A DNA stretch of 64,000 nt, from assembly GCA_001784475.1 (NCBI GenBank), contig MFRE01000022.1:44234-108233 (forward strand), in the 5' to 3' direction. The notes below the pieces were generated by a model, which saw only the letters and a program-made list of their open reading frames with translations, did not search any database and was not told where the DNA came from. This document shows, in pieces, positions 45,773-54,838 of the stretch. Every line of letters starts with the position of its first letter. The first letter of the stretch is position 1. The translations under genes were made by a program, and so were the position numbers. This DNA is from Candidatus Magasanikbacteria bacterium RIFOXYD2_FULL_41_14 (lineage in GTDB: Bacteria > Patescibacteriota > Patescibacteriia > Magasanikbacterales > GWA2-37-8).

Positions 45773-46678
45773 TTAATGCGCCGTTCCTCTAATTTCTTCT
45801 AGTGATGTTATATTCTCCGCTTTCATAAATTCTTCCATTTCCGCGGTGATTTTAGAAAAGCAGGTGCCTTTATTGTAATACATCGCCGAGCCCACGCCGA
45901 GCAATGTGGCGCCGGCCATAATCATGGCAATGCCATCACGGCCGGTAGTTATGCCACCGGTGCCGATTATGGGAATTTTAACAGCTTTGTATATATCATA
46001 CACACATTTAAGGGCAATGGGGAATAGTGCTGGGCCTGACACCCCGCCCACTTTATTGGATAACACTGGTTGGCGCGACTCAATATCTATCATCATGCCG
46101 GCAGCGGTATTAATCGCGGTAATGGCATCGGCACCCGCAGATTCAGCCGCTTTGGCAATCTCAGCAATATTCCAAGCGTTGGGCGATAACTTCATAATTA
46201 CCGGCACAGTTGATTTTGTTTTTACAATTTTGGTAATCGTTTCAACCGCTTCGGTGGAATAAGCAAATGGTCGGCCAAATTCGGCGCCCACATTGGGGCA
46301 AGAAATATCCACTTCCAAAAAATCAATCGGACCGGTACAAATTTTTTCTGCCACTACGCCAAATTCTTCGGCCGTGCCAGCAAAAATACTGCCGATAATT
46401 GGCGCGTCAGTAAGCGAACGCAGTTTAGCAATTTCCGGTAAGGCATTTTCTATTCCCGGGTTAGAAAGTCCAACCGCATTTAAAAAGAAATGGTCATTAC
46501 CCATCATTACCGGGTTTTTATGCCCTTCGCGTGGCTCTAATGAGATTGATTTAGTGGTAACCCCACCGGCACCAATTTTAATTATATTGGCCAATCCCGC
46601 TCCGGTAACACCCAAAATACCCGATGCCAAAACAATGGGGTTTTTAAATTGTTTATTTAAAAAAGTAGTGTTTAGCAT
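45773..46678 (-). CDS. pyrD: Dihydroorotate dehydrogenase family 1B
   Basis: NPIVLASG, NAVGLSNPG, ISCPN, KLSPN, GGVSGP, IIGTGGI. Confidence 0.96.
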   Translation of the reverse strand: MLNTTFLNKQFKNPIVLASGILGVTGAGLANIIKIGAGGVTTKSISLEPREGHKNPVMMGNDHFFLNAVGLSNPGIENALPEIAKLRSLTDAPIIGSIFAGTAEEFGVVAEKICTGPIDFLEVDISCPNVGAEFGRPFAYSTEAVETITKIVKTKSTVPVIMKLSPNAWNIAEIAKAAESAGADAITAINTAAGMMIDIESRQPVLSNKVGGVSGPALFPIALKCVYDIYKAVKIPIIGTGGITTGRDGIAMIMAGATLLGVGSAMYYNKGTCFSKITAEMEEFMKAENITSLEEIRGTAH

Positions 46679-46679
46679 T

Positions 46680-48305
46680 TTATTGGAAGCGTGCGTCTTT
46701 AATACTTTGAACAGTATGTTTAGCTACATCTACACTTGTCACCAGCAAAACATTATTCTTTACAGTTAATTTGCGGATGGCTTCGCCGTCGGTGTCAGAT
46801 TGGAAGTTTTTTTCGGCCGACGGGATATTAATTACTAAATCAAAACGGCGTTCGCGTAATAATGTTTCGATGTTGGGACGTTCGGTGGAAGAAATTTTGT
46901 GTACCAAGCGATTACTAATTTTATTTTCATCCAAAAATTGACTGGTATGTAAGGTCGCATACAACACACAACCTAATTTGGATAGTTCGGTGATGGCCGG
47001 CAATAAAACTTTTTTATTGTCTAACCCACCAATCGTCACCAAAATATTTTTCTTGGTTTGTTTTGCCATTTTCATCTGCAGTGTCCAGAGTTCAATAAAT
47101 CCAGGTGAAGCATTTTGATTGAACAAATCATTTTTATTAAACGTTGCCAATTTTTCGTCAAAGATCGCGTCCGGAGTTTTTAGAGCGACCACTTCGCAGT
47201 TACCTTTATACAATCGCAAAGTAACAGTGCCGTTAACCTTTTCATTTAAAGTATCAATAAAGCCGGACAGGTCTTTCATTAAAGGTTCGTACCAAAGCGC
47301 ACCATAGCACAAGTAGGCCCACTCTTGGTCCACTAATTCTTTGAATTTATTTTCTACCCGTGTGCAAACATATTTTTCCAATTGTTTGTGTGCCAAAATT
47401 ATCGCGTGCGCGGCTGGTTGTTCATATAGACCGCGAACTTTTAAACCAACAATTCGGTCTTCAATATGGTGGACAATGCCGATGCCATGGCATCCACCAA
47501 TGGCATTTAATTTAATAATTAAGTCGGCCAATTTCATTTCGTGGCCGTTTAAAGCGGTCGGCAAGCCTTTGACAAATTCAATTTCTACCAGCTCGGATTC
47601 GTCCGGCGCGTTTTGAGGTAAAGTGGTGATTTGTAAAATATTTTCCAAAGGGGGGATTAATTCCGGATTTTCAATTTCACCGCCTTCGCTCGTTACTCCC
47701 CACATATTGTCGTCGTGCGAATAAGGTTTGGCTTGAGTGTGCGAAATTGGAATACCGTGTTTTTCGGCGTAGGCGATTTCCTCGTCTCTACCCATGCCCC
47801 ATTCGCGTACTGGGGCAATTACCTTAATATCTGGGTTTAACGTCACCATGGTGCCTTCCAAGCGCACCTGGTCGTTGCCTTTGCCGGTGCAACCGTGGGC
47901 GATAGTGTCCGCTTTTTCCTCTTCTGCCACCTTTACGGCTAATTTGGCGAGTAGCGGTCGGCCTAGGGGGGTGCTTAGATGATAATTTCCTTGATAGCAA
48001 GCGTTGGCTTTAATGCCGTGAGCAATATATTTTTCCGCGAACTCATCTTTGGCATCCAGCACAATTGATTTAATTGCGCCTAATTTTAAGGCCTTTTGGC
48101 GCACTGCTTCTAAATCATCGGCCAGTTGGCCAATATCAATACACAGGGCAATTACTTCGGCGTGATAAACATCTTGAATCCATTTTAACATTACGGAAGT
48201 GTCTAATCCGCCTGAATACAAAAGCACCACTCGCTTTACTTCCTCCTTGGTTTTGGGTTCGTAGGTGGCGATGTGGGTGTAGGTTGATATTGGTTCTGGG
48301 GTCAT
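46680..48305 (-). CDS. argG: Argininosuccinate synthase with C-terminal MGS-like domain
   Basis: YSGGLDTS, HGCTGKGNDQVR, RIVGLKVRGLYE; extra ~120 aa with LYAT..T..FL, DLVINIP, DGEAIRK. Confidence 0.95.
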   Translation of the reverse strand: MTPEPISTYTHIATYEPKTKEEVKRVVLLYSGGLDTSVMLKWIQDVYHAEVIALCIDIGQLADDLEAVRQKALKLGAIKSIVLDAKDEFAEKYIAHGIKANACYQGNYHLSTPLGRPLLAKLAVKVAEEEKADTIAHGCTGKGNDQVRLEGTMVTLNPDIKVIAPVREWGMGRDEEIAYAEKHGIPISHTQAKPYSHDDNMWGVTSEGGEIENPELIPPLENILQITTLPQNAPDESELVEIEFVKGLPTALNGHEMKLADLIIKLNAIGGCHGIGIVHHIEDRIVGLKVRGLYEQPAAHAIILAHKQLEKYVCTRVENKFKELVDQEWAYLCYGALWYEPLMKDLSGFIDTLNEKVNGTVTLRLYKGNCEVVALKTPDAIFDEKLATFNKNDLFNQNASPGFIELWTLQMKMAKQTKKNILVTIGGLDNKKVLLPAITELSKLGCVLYATLHTSQFLDENKISNRLVHKISSTERPNIETLLRERRFDLVINIPSAEKNFQSDTDGEAIRKLTVKNNVLLVTSVDVAKHTVQSIKDARFQ

Positions 48306-48334
48306 AATTTAAATTTTAATATAAATAATATATT

Positions 48335-49621
48335 TTATAATGGTCGATCAATTTTATAACGGTCCAAGGCCAGATTTCCCGGGCCTCCGAGCGATACAAT
48401 TTCTTTTAATGCTTCCACTGGATCCGGGACTTGGAGTTTATCTAAATTTTCTTTAACATTTTGATAGGCCTCGCGAAATGGCATGCCGTTTTTCACCATT
48501 TTTAAGGCCTCATTGGCGGCAAATAATTCCGGTGAAAGTGATTTCATTAGTACGTCAACTTTGGGGGTGACTTTGTCCATCACGAGCGCCAATACTTCCA
48601 AACTACGGCGGGTAATGCCAAGCGCTTTAATTAGTGGCTCCTTGGTTAATTGCGTGTCGCGGTTATAGCCAGAAATTAAATTTTTGCAAATATCTTTGAC
48701 TTGAGTTTGGAGACCCACAATCACATTCACATTACTGCGCACGATTTCAAAAATATCCGGATTGCGTTTTTGGGGCATAATTGACGAGCCAGTCGTAAAT
48801 TCGTAGGGCAAATCAAAGAAGTTAAACTCCGGAGTGGTAAACCAAATCATCTCATTGGCTAAGCGTCCTAACGTCATCATAATTTGGGTGAGAACGGATA
48901 GAATATAACTTTCGGTAACACCGCGCGAATTAACACAGTAGAGAGAATTGATTTGGGTGCGTTCAAAACCCAACTCTTTACTCACAAATTCTCGCTCTAA
49001 AGGTAAATTTACCCCAAAACCGGCGGCTGCGCCCAACGGATTTTGGTCATTTAATTTATAGGCAGTTTCCAACAGCATAAAGTTGTTGATAAGTTCTTCT
49101 AGATAGGCGGCAGACCAGTGGCCAATAGACGAAGGCATCGCTCGGCGGGTATGGGTATAGCCGGGTAGGGGAATGAACTCGTATTTTTTGGCAAAGTTTA
49201 AAAATACTTCTTCCAATTTTATCATTTCCACGCTAATTTGTTTTAATTTTTTGCGCGTATATAGGCGGGTTGCCACGAGCACCTGATCATTGCGTGATCG
49301 GCCAGTATGAATTTTTTTACCAACGTCGCCCAGTTTTGTTACCAAATAATTTTCAATGGCGGTATGACAATCTTCGTCAGATTGTTCAATTTTAAACTCT
49401 CCCGCTGAATGCATTACCAAAATTTCGTTTAGTCCGACTGTTAAATCATTTAATTCCGTGTCGGTTAAAAGACCGATTTTGTTAAGTCCTTTAGCATGGG
49501 CGATAGAGGCCTCCACGTCAAAAGGTAACAAACTTTTGTCCAATTCATAATCTTTGCCCACAGTATATTTTTCTACAAGTGGGTGTAATTTAATATTGCT
49601 TGCTTGCCAAAGTTTTGCCAT
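48335..49621 (-). CDS. argH: Argininosuccinate lyase
   Basis: KIHTGRSRNDQ, PGYTH, TTGSSIMPQKRNPD, GMPFREAY. Confidence 0.96.
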   Translation of the reverse strand: MAKLWQASNIKLHPLVEKYTVGKDYELDKSLLPFDVEASIAHAKGLNKIGLLTDTELNDLTVGLNEILVMHSAGEFKIEQSDEDCHTAIENYLVTKLGDVGKKIHTGRSRNDQVLVATRLYTRKKLKQISVEMIKLEEVFLNFAKKYEFIPLPGYTHTRRAMPSSIGHWSAAYLEELINNFMLLETAYKLNDQNPLGAAAGFGVNLPLEREFVSKELGFERTQINSLYCVNSRGVTESYILSVLTQIMMTLGRLANEMIWFTTPEFNFFDLPYEFTTGSSIMPQKRNPDIFEIVRSNVNVIVGLQTQVKDICKNLISGYNRDTQLTKEPLIKALGITRRSLEVLALVMDKVTPKVDVLMKSLSPELFAANEALKMVKNGMPFREAYQNVKENLDKLQVPDPVEALKEIVSLGGPGNLALDRYKIDRPL

Positions 49622-49655
49622 AGGTTTGTAATTAGCTAGGTGTTTAAGAGTGCGT

Positions 49656-49730
49656 CCGTTCGACTATCGTTTAGAAAGCGTAGGCACGGCCGAGTGGCCA
49701 AGAGCGTCTTTCTAAATGATGGTCGAGCGG
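49656..49730 (+). other. Long intergenic hairpin (23-bp arms)
   Basis: CCGTTCGACTATCGTTTAGAAAG / CTTTCTAAATGATGGTCGAGCGG. Confidence 0.8.
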
Positions 49731-49762
49731 TGAGCAAATGATCCTATTATTTTAATAATTAA

Positions 49763-50734
49763 CTATTTAATACTTAATATTTTCTGACCGTTGCTAGTGG
49801 CGATATTTACCAAATCATCAAAATTATAATATCGACAGGCCTCTTGGAGCATACGCAGTTCGGTCCACATATCGCCGTCCACAAAGGGCTGATAGTAATC
49901 ATACACATTATCCACTCCGAGCGCAACCGTGATACCGGCCGCAAGCATTTCCGGTACATTGGCTATGGAATTATGCACTGGAGCGCTAAATTGGTCTAAT
50001 TGGCGCATAGCCAAAGCCGCTGAGGGGCAGACTACCACTCCGATGCCGGCGTCTGCCATTTTCTTATAAATTTCTTGTCGGTATTCTTTGGGTTGGGCTG
50101 AAACTGAGATGCCGTGAATGGCGACCACTCGGCCTTCGTAGCCGTGTTTAACTGTAGTGGTGATTAGTTTTTCCATGTCGCGTTCGTTGGGATTATTTTC
50201 TTGGTCAATGTGAATGTGTAAGGGCTTATTTAAATTTTTGGCAATGCTAAATAAAATGTCGTAATTTTCTGCGTCATTGGGGCGATCTTTGGATGGCAGT
50301 CCACCGGCGATATCGGCTTTGGCGGTAACTGCTTCATAGAGTGCGGCTGCCTCGGGGTTAACTAGCCCGCCCAAGGGCTGAGTGATTGTCAAAAAATTTA
50401 TTTTATCTTTGTATTCTTCTTTAACGCGGTTGGCCGCATCAATTGCTTTGTGTCCGACCGCTTCGTAGGCGTCAATAAAACTGCAGGTTAGTTTACAGCC
50501 TTGCGCCACTAAAATATCCAATCCGGTTTTGATTCTCTCTTTAATTTCACTTTCTGTGGAACGGCGTTTGATGTCATCAGACATGTTCCATTTTACTTCC
50601 ATATTCACCATAGATTTATCCAAGCCATCTTTGGTAATGTAAAAAGCCTTGTCAAAATGCGCATGGCAATTAACAAACCCGCCTTTGTCCGCGATGGCCG
50701 TCAGCATTTGTTCTTTTAGATTCCAGGGTTGCAT
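49763..50734 (-). CDS. Amidohydrolase family protein (cytosine deaminase-like)
   Basis: GFVNCHAHFD, HIHIDQ, VAIHG, CPS, LGVDN. Confidence 0.85.
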   Translation of the reverse strand: MQPWNLKEQMLTAIADKGGFVNCHAHFDKAFYITKDGLDKSMVNMEVKWNMSDDIKRRSTESEIKERIKTGLDILVAQGCKLTCSFIDAYEAVGHKAIDAANRVKEEYKDKINFLTITQPLGGLVNPEAAALYEAVTAKADIAGGLPSKDRPNDAENYDILFSIAKNLNKPLHIHIDQENNPNERDMEKLITTTVKHGYEGRVVAIHGISVSAQPKEYRQEIYKKMADAGIGVVVCPSAALAMRQLDQFSAPVHNSIANVPEMLAAGITVALGVDNVYDYYQPFVDGDMWTELRMLQEACRYYNFDDLVNIATSNGQKILSIK

Positions 50735-50749
50735 ATTTATATAAGTATT

Positions 50750-50776
50750 AAAAAAAATCCCGATTAAATCGGGATT
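50750..50776 (-). terminator. Leader terminator (attenuator) upstream of the arg/pyr operon
   Basis: Minus strand ATCCCGAT/ATCGGGAT hairpin and T run, about 15 nt before the first ATG. Confidence 0.75.
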
Positions 50777-50837
50777 ATATAAATGATAAAAATTGTTGGC
50801 GGTGAACAGGAGACGATTTTGTTAGAGTAAATTTCAT
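50775..50837 (-). CDS. Candidate leader peptide MKFTLTKSSPVHRQQFLSFI
   Basis: 20-codon uORF starting ~3 nt after the predicted TSS; stop abuts the terminator stem. Confidence 0.5.
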   Translation of the reverse strand: MKFTLTKSSPVHRQQFLSFI

Positions 50838-50846
50838 ATCCGGATT

Positions 50847-50875
50847 AGTTTAACATCTTTTTGTTTAATTGGCAA
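50847..50875 (-). promoter_or_regulatory. sigma70 promoter of the arg/pyr operon
   Basis: TTGCCA-17-TAAACT on minus strand. Confidence 0.6.
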
Positions 50876-50895
50876 GTAGGAGTTTGGGGATAAAA

Positions 50896-52335
50896 TTAAT
50901 TCATTTCTATCTCTTTCTTGCCATGGTATATTCGTATCGTTTTTACAGCGTTAACAATGTCATTGATTTTTGCAGTTTCTTCCGGATTTGCTTCGGCATA
51001 TGGTACTAATTCACCGTTTTTGGTTTTTACCAAGATATTAGTCCTAGGATTAAAACCTTTAGTATAATCTGCTTCTCCTAATATTACTCGGCCTTGTTTA
51101 GCAATTTTGTCGCGATATTCTTCTGCCTGTTTGGGTGTTTGGTATTCGTAAAAACTTATATCCATTTCGTTTATTTGTTGAGCTAAATGCACGTTTAACA
51201 TCGTTGTACCACCAGACACATCTAAACGCTGTGCAATAACACTTTTTAGTTGGTCCAATCCATTGTTTAGTAGAAAATCAATGTCTATTGTTTTTTCTGA
51301 AGTCACTTTTCCTGATTGTTCGGCCCAGATTTTTTTGAGTATTGGAACAATCACTGCAATTTCTACCATTTGTGCGTTGGGGTCGAGATAGAGTTCGTGG
51401 TGGAGAAGCGCGCGTAATCTTAAATATCTTGTGAGTCGGTCTTGATCTTCGCAATAAAGTTGTCCGGAAGCCGAATCAATTTTCATTGAGAATATCAAAT
51501 CCATTAAGTGCGGGTCGTGTTCAAGTAGTTCTTTTATTTGCACACCCTTACCAGCAGGTAGTTCATCATAACTACCGAATGCTTTATATGCGTCGGTTAC
51601 AGCATAGCCAAATTGATCACAAAAATCTAATATCTGCCCAAGCTGACCATCGCCGTCAATAATAGCCTGTATTCTCTCGGGAGACGTACCGTTTTCTTGA
51701 AGTACTGTCGCCATTTCTTCACCTTCTAATATGCGTTTTACCAATTTTTCTTCATCAAATAATTTTTTATCAACCATCTTAGTAGTGTCACCACCTGCTA
51801 CAGTTGCGCTATCATGTAGTAGTCCGGCGATCGATATTTCGGAAGCATCTTTAGCGGTTAGGTTGTTATTTACTATTACAATCTCTGCCAGGGCTGCCAC
51901 AACATTGCTATGGAAAAAACGAGAATGCGAGGTGTACATTTCTATGTTGGCATCGACGAATTCATTTGGGTGTACGCCGGGCATGGTAAGAACGTAGAGT
52001 TGAGGCAAGTCGTGAAGGCGCCCAAGTTTAGCAGCATCGTGTACTTGCGAATATGCTGATTGCTGATGTTCATCGCGTTCCATGGCGATTATTGGTACAG
52101 AACAATAGTAAAGTGGTATAAATGGGCCGTCGTATTCATCATAATCTGAGCGATTGCCTAAAAAATGTAAACTACCGCATTTTATGTCAGCGGTTTCAAG
52201 CGTTTGTCGAATTGCGGTGCCCGTATCTGTGGACTTGCCGTTTTCGTCAGTTGATTTTGCGTCATTAAAATCAACAACCGGTCGATATTGTGGGTGTAAA
52301 ATATCTTGTATATCGGACGGGGATCTTTCGACCAT
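50896..52335 (-). CDS. HD-domain phosphohydrolase
   Basis: HSRFFHS, AGLLHD, LDFCDQFGY..D. Confidence 0.8.
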   Translation of the reverse strand: MVERSPSDIQDILHPQYRPVVDFNDAKSTDENGKSTDTGTAIRQTLETADIKCGSLHFLGNRSDYDEYDGPFIPLYYCSVPIIAMERDEHQQSAYSQVHDAAKLGRLHDLPQLYVLTMPGVHPNEFVDANIEMYTSHSRFFHSNVVAALAEIVIVNNNLTAKDASEISIAGLLHDSATVAGGDTTKMVDKKLFDEEKLVKRILEGEEMATVLQENGTSPERIQAIIDGDGQLGQILDFCDQFGYAVTDAYKAFGSYDELPAGKGVQIKELLEHDPHLMDLIFSMKIDSASGQLYCEDQDRLTRYLRLRALLHHELYLDPNAQMVEIAVIVPILKKIWAEQSGKVTSEKTIDIDFLLNNGLDQLKSVIAQRLDVSGGTTMLNVHLAQQINEMDISFYEYQTPKQAEEYRDKIAKQGRVILGEADYTKGFNPRTNILVKTKNGELVPYAEANPEETAKINDIVNAVKTIRIYHGKKEIEMN

Positions 52336-52347
52336 ATTTATATATAT

Positions 52348-54006
52348 TTATTTCATCTTCTCTCGCAACAATTTCTCCGCCACCACCGGATCGGCGTTGC
52401 CTTCGGTCGTTTTCATCACCATTCCTTTTAAAAATTGCAACAGTGGTTCTTTGCCCGCTTTAAATTTGGACACTTGCTCGGGATAACTTTTAATTACTTC
52501 ATCCACTACCGCGCCTAGTGCACCCTCATCACTCATTTGGCCATAACCCTTTTCTTCCATAATATGCGTTGGGTCAATGTCGGTATTGGCGTCTAGCATC
52601 TCATTTAAAATTTTGGTGGCGTTAGTGGAATTAACGCGGTTGGTATAAAATAACGCCAATAATTCCGAAAAATTTTCCGGTGATAATTTTAAAATTCGGA
52701 TATCAATTTTTCGTTCGGCCATGGCACCCATCAATTTGGAGGTGAGCCAGTTACCGGTTAATTTTGCTAATGCTGATTTTTTATTATCTAAAATCTCCGA
52801 AGTAGTTTTTTTATTTTCGGGCTTGCCCGGCGTAGTCCCACTTGGTGGGACGGAGACGGGTAGAGAATGTAGCCACTCCACCAAATCAGAATATACATCT
52901 TCGGCATAAGCGGCCCAATACGGGTCGGTCGCGAGAATTGCGGAATCAGCATAAGAAAAGCCGTATTCGGTGTGGAAACGGGCGCGTTTTTGGGTAGGCA
53001 ATTCTGGTAGCACAATATCGCCGGCAATTTTTTGCGGATTAAATGGTGGAATATCTGGTTCGGGGAAATAACGATAATCAGCCGAAGTTTCTTTAATGCG
53101 TTGCATCACGGTTTCGCCTTTGTCATCGCTCCAACCGCGGGTTTGCTGAGGCCACGTTTCATCTTTTTCAATTATTTCGGTTTGGCGTTTAATTTCAAAA
53201 TCAATTGCTTTTTCCACCGCGCGGAAAGAATTAATATTTTTAACTTCTACTTTATTATTTAATTTATAATCACCAATTGGTTTAATCACACCATCTTCAT
53301 CAACAAATTTTCCGGTTTCCTGTACCGAAATATTGGCCTCACAACGCATTTGGCCTTTTTCCATGTCAGCGTTACTCACGCCTAGATAGCGAAAAATGGT
53401 TTGTAGTTCTTGGCAATATGCTTTGGCTTCAATTCCACTTTGCACATCTGGGTCAGAGACAATTTCCACGAGTGGCACGCCGGCGCGGTTAAAATCGACA
53501 AAACTGAAGGTTTTGTCGCCCCGGACTTGTTCCGGGGACCCCTGAATCCCCGCTTGCACGGGGATGACACCCACGCCTGCTGGTGCGTGTGTCAATTTGG
53601 CCGTATCTTCTTCCATGTGTACACGCGTGATGCCAATTATGGCACTGTCGCGATGGTTTTTGGTGCCAATTAGATTTAATTCAATTTTTCCGTGTTCTCC
53701 CACTGGTTCATCAAATTGGGAAATTTGGTATGCCTTGGGTAAATCAGGATAAAAATAGTGCTTGCGATCAAACTTGCTTTCAGTCGCGATTTTGCACCCT
53801 AAAGCGGTAGCGATTTTTACAATATCACAAATGGCACCGGCGTTTGGGACTGGTAATGTGCCAGGGTGTGCTAAGCAGACCGGACAGATATTGGTGTTAG
53901 GGGAGCCATGGTCCGGATCATTTTTGCAAGCACAAAACATTTTGGACTTGGTTTTGAGTTCAACATGGATTTCCATGCCGATAATTGCAGTATATTTTGT
54001 TTTCAT
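52348..54006 (-). CDS. gatB: Asp/Glu-tRNA amidotransferase subunit B with two repeat-derived insertions
   Basis: IGMEIHVEL, HPGTLP, FDRKHYFYPDLPK, DFNRAGVPLVEIV, DYRYFPEPD. Confidence 0.97.
   Translation of the reverse strand: MKTKYTAIIGMEIHVELKTKSKMFCACKNDPDHGSPNTNICPVCLAHPGTLPVPNAGAICDIVKIATALGCKIATESKFDRKHYFYPDLPKAYQISQFDEPVGEHGKIELNLIGTKNHRDSAIIGITRVHMEEDTAKLTHAPAGVGVIPVQAGIQGSPEQVRGDKTFSFVDFNRAGVPLVEIVSDPDVQSGIEAKAYCQELQTIFRYLGVSNADMEKGQMRCEANISVQETGKFVDEDGVIKPIGDYKLNNKVEVKNINSFRAVEKAIDFEIKRQTEIIEKDETWPQQTRGWSDDKGETVMQRIKETSADYRYFPEPDIPPFNPQKIAGDIVLPELPTQKRARFHTEYGFSYADSAILATDPYWAAYAEDVYSDLVEWLHSLPVSVPPSGTTPGKPENKKTTSEILDNKKSALAKLTGNWLTSKLMGAMAERKIDIRILKLSPENFSELLALFYTNRVNSTNATKILNEMLDANTDIDPTHIMEEKGYGQMSDEGALGAVVDEVIKSYPEQVSKFKAGKEPLLQFLKGMVMKTTEGNADPVVAEKLLREKMK
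52822..52860. repeat. Palindromic repeat inside gatB, related to 18738-18778
   Basis: CTTGCCCGGCGTAGTCCCACTTGGTGGGACGGAGACGGG. Confidence 0.7.
53514..53569. repeat. REP/RPE-like element in frame inside gatB
   Basis: TGTCGCCCCGGACTTGTTCCGGGG..CCCCGCTTGCACGGGGATGACA. Confidence 0.88.
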
Positions 54007-54075
54007 AATATAAAAAACTGATAGATTTTCATCTACCAGTTTATCAGTTTTGGGCTATTTTGGCAAATTACAATT

Positions 54076-54828
54076 TTATGAAATTGGCACTGTTTTATTC
54101 ACCGGAGTAGATTTCAAATTTTCATAAAGGATTAGCCCGGCTATTATCAGGAGAGGTAATAATAATAAGCTGATTATATTATTTGAGAATATTGTCACTG
54201 TGTTTGATGGTGCCAGCGACATTGTTGGTAATAAGTTCAAAATTTGGCCAATTATCCATTGCAATATGCCAGCCGCGATAGCGAATAGTACGCTAGGCGC
54301 AAACAATCTCCACAACACTGCCCACCACCGTCCGGTTACTAAGTTTTTGCTCATTTTCATTGCTTCAATTCCTTTGGTGTTATCGGTAGCTAAAGAGTAA
54401 ATGCTAAACTGAAACCAAACTGTGAAAATAATACCCGGGATTATGAATAAGATTGAGCCGGCCAAGATTGTTAAGCCGACAATAATAGATAACCAAATTC
54501 CCGATAGGATTATTGTTTTGGCGGAGATAAAATTTTCTTTCCAATCTCCTGGCAGTTGGTTTTTCAAAATTCGGTCGCATCCCTTAATAAGCGCGAGATA
54601 TGCCCAAAGTGACAAAATTAGTCCGGCGATAAATACTATTAAAAGTACAATATCGTTGGCAATTTTAGGCGTTACCATATGTACTTCTAAACTAATCTCG
54701 GTAAGAGTAATAATAGTGAGTGTTATTGTTGGGATAAGTGAAATCGCCAAATATACCCAAATTTGTTTAAAATGTTTGAGGTACAATTCTACGCTTTGAT
54801 TAATGATGTCGGTAGCTTTGATAAGCAT
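54076..54828 (-). CDS. Multi-pass membrane protein
   Basis: About 5-6 TM helices, IIPGI..W..F..Y, SKNLVTGRWW. Confidence 0.8.
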   Translation of the reverse strand: MLIKATDIINQSVELYLKHFKQIWVYLAISLIPTITLTIITLTEISLEVHMVTPKIANDIVLLIVFIAGLILSLWAYLALIKGCDRILKNQLPGDWKENFISAKTIILSGIWLSIIVGLTILAGSILFIIPGIIFTVWFQFSIYSLATDNTKGIEAMKMSKNLVTGRWWAVLWRLFAPSVLFAIAAGILQWIIGQILNLLPTMSLAPSNTVTIFSNNIISLLLLPLLIIAGLILYENLKSTPVNKTVPIS

Positions 54829-54838
54829 ACGGTTTTAA

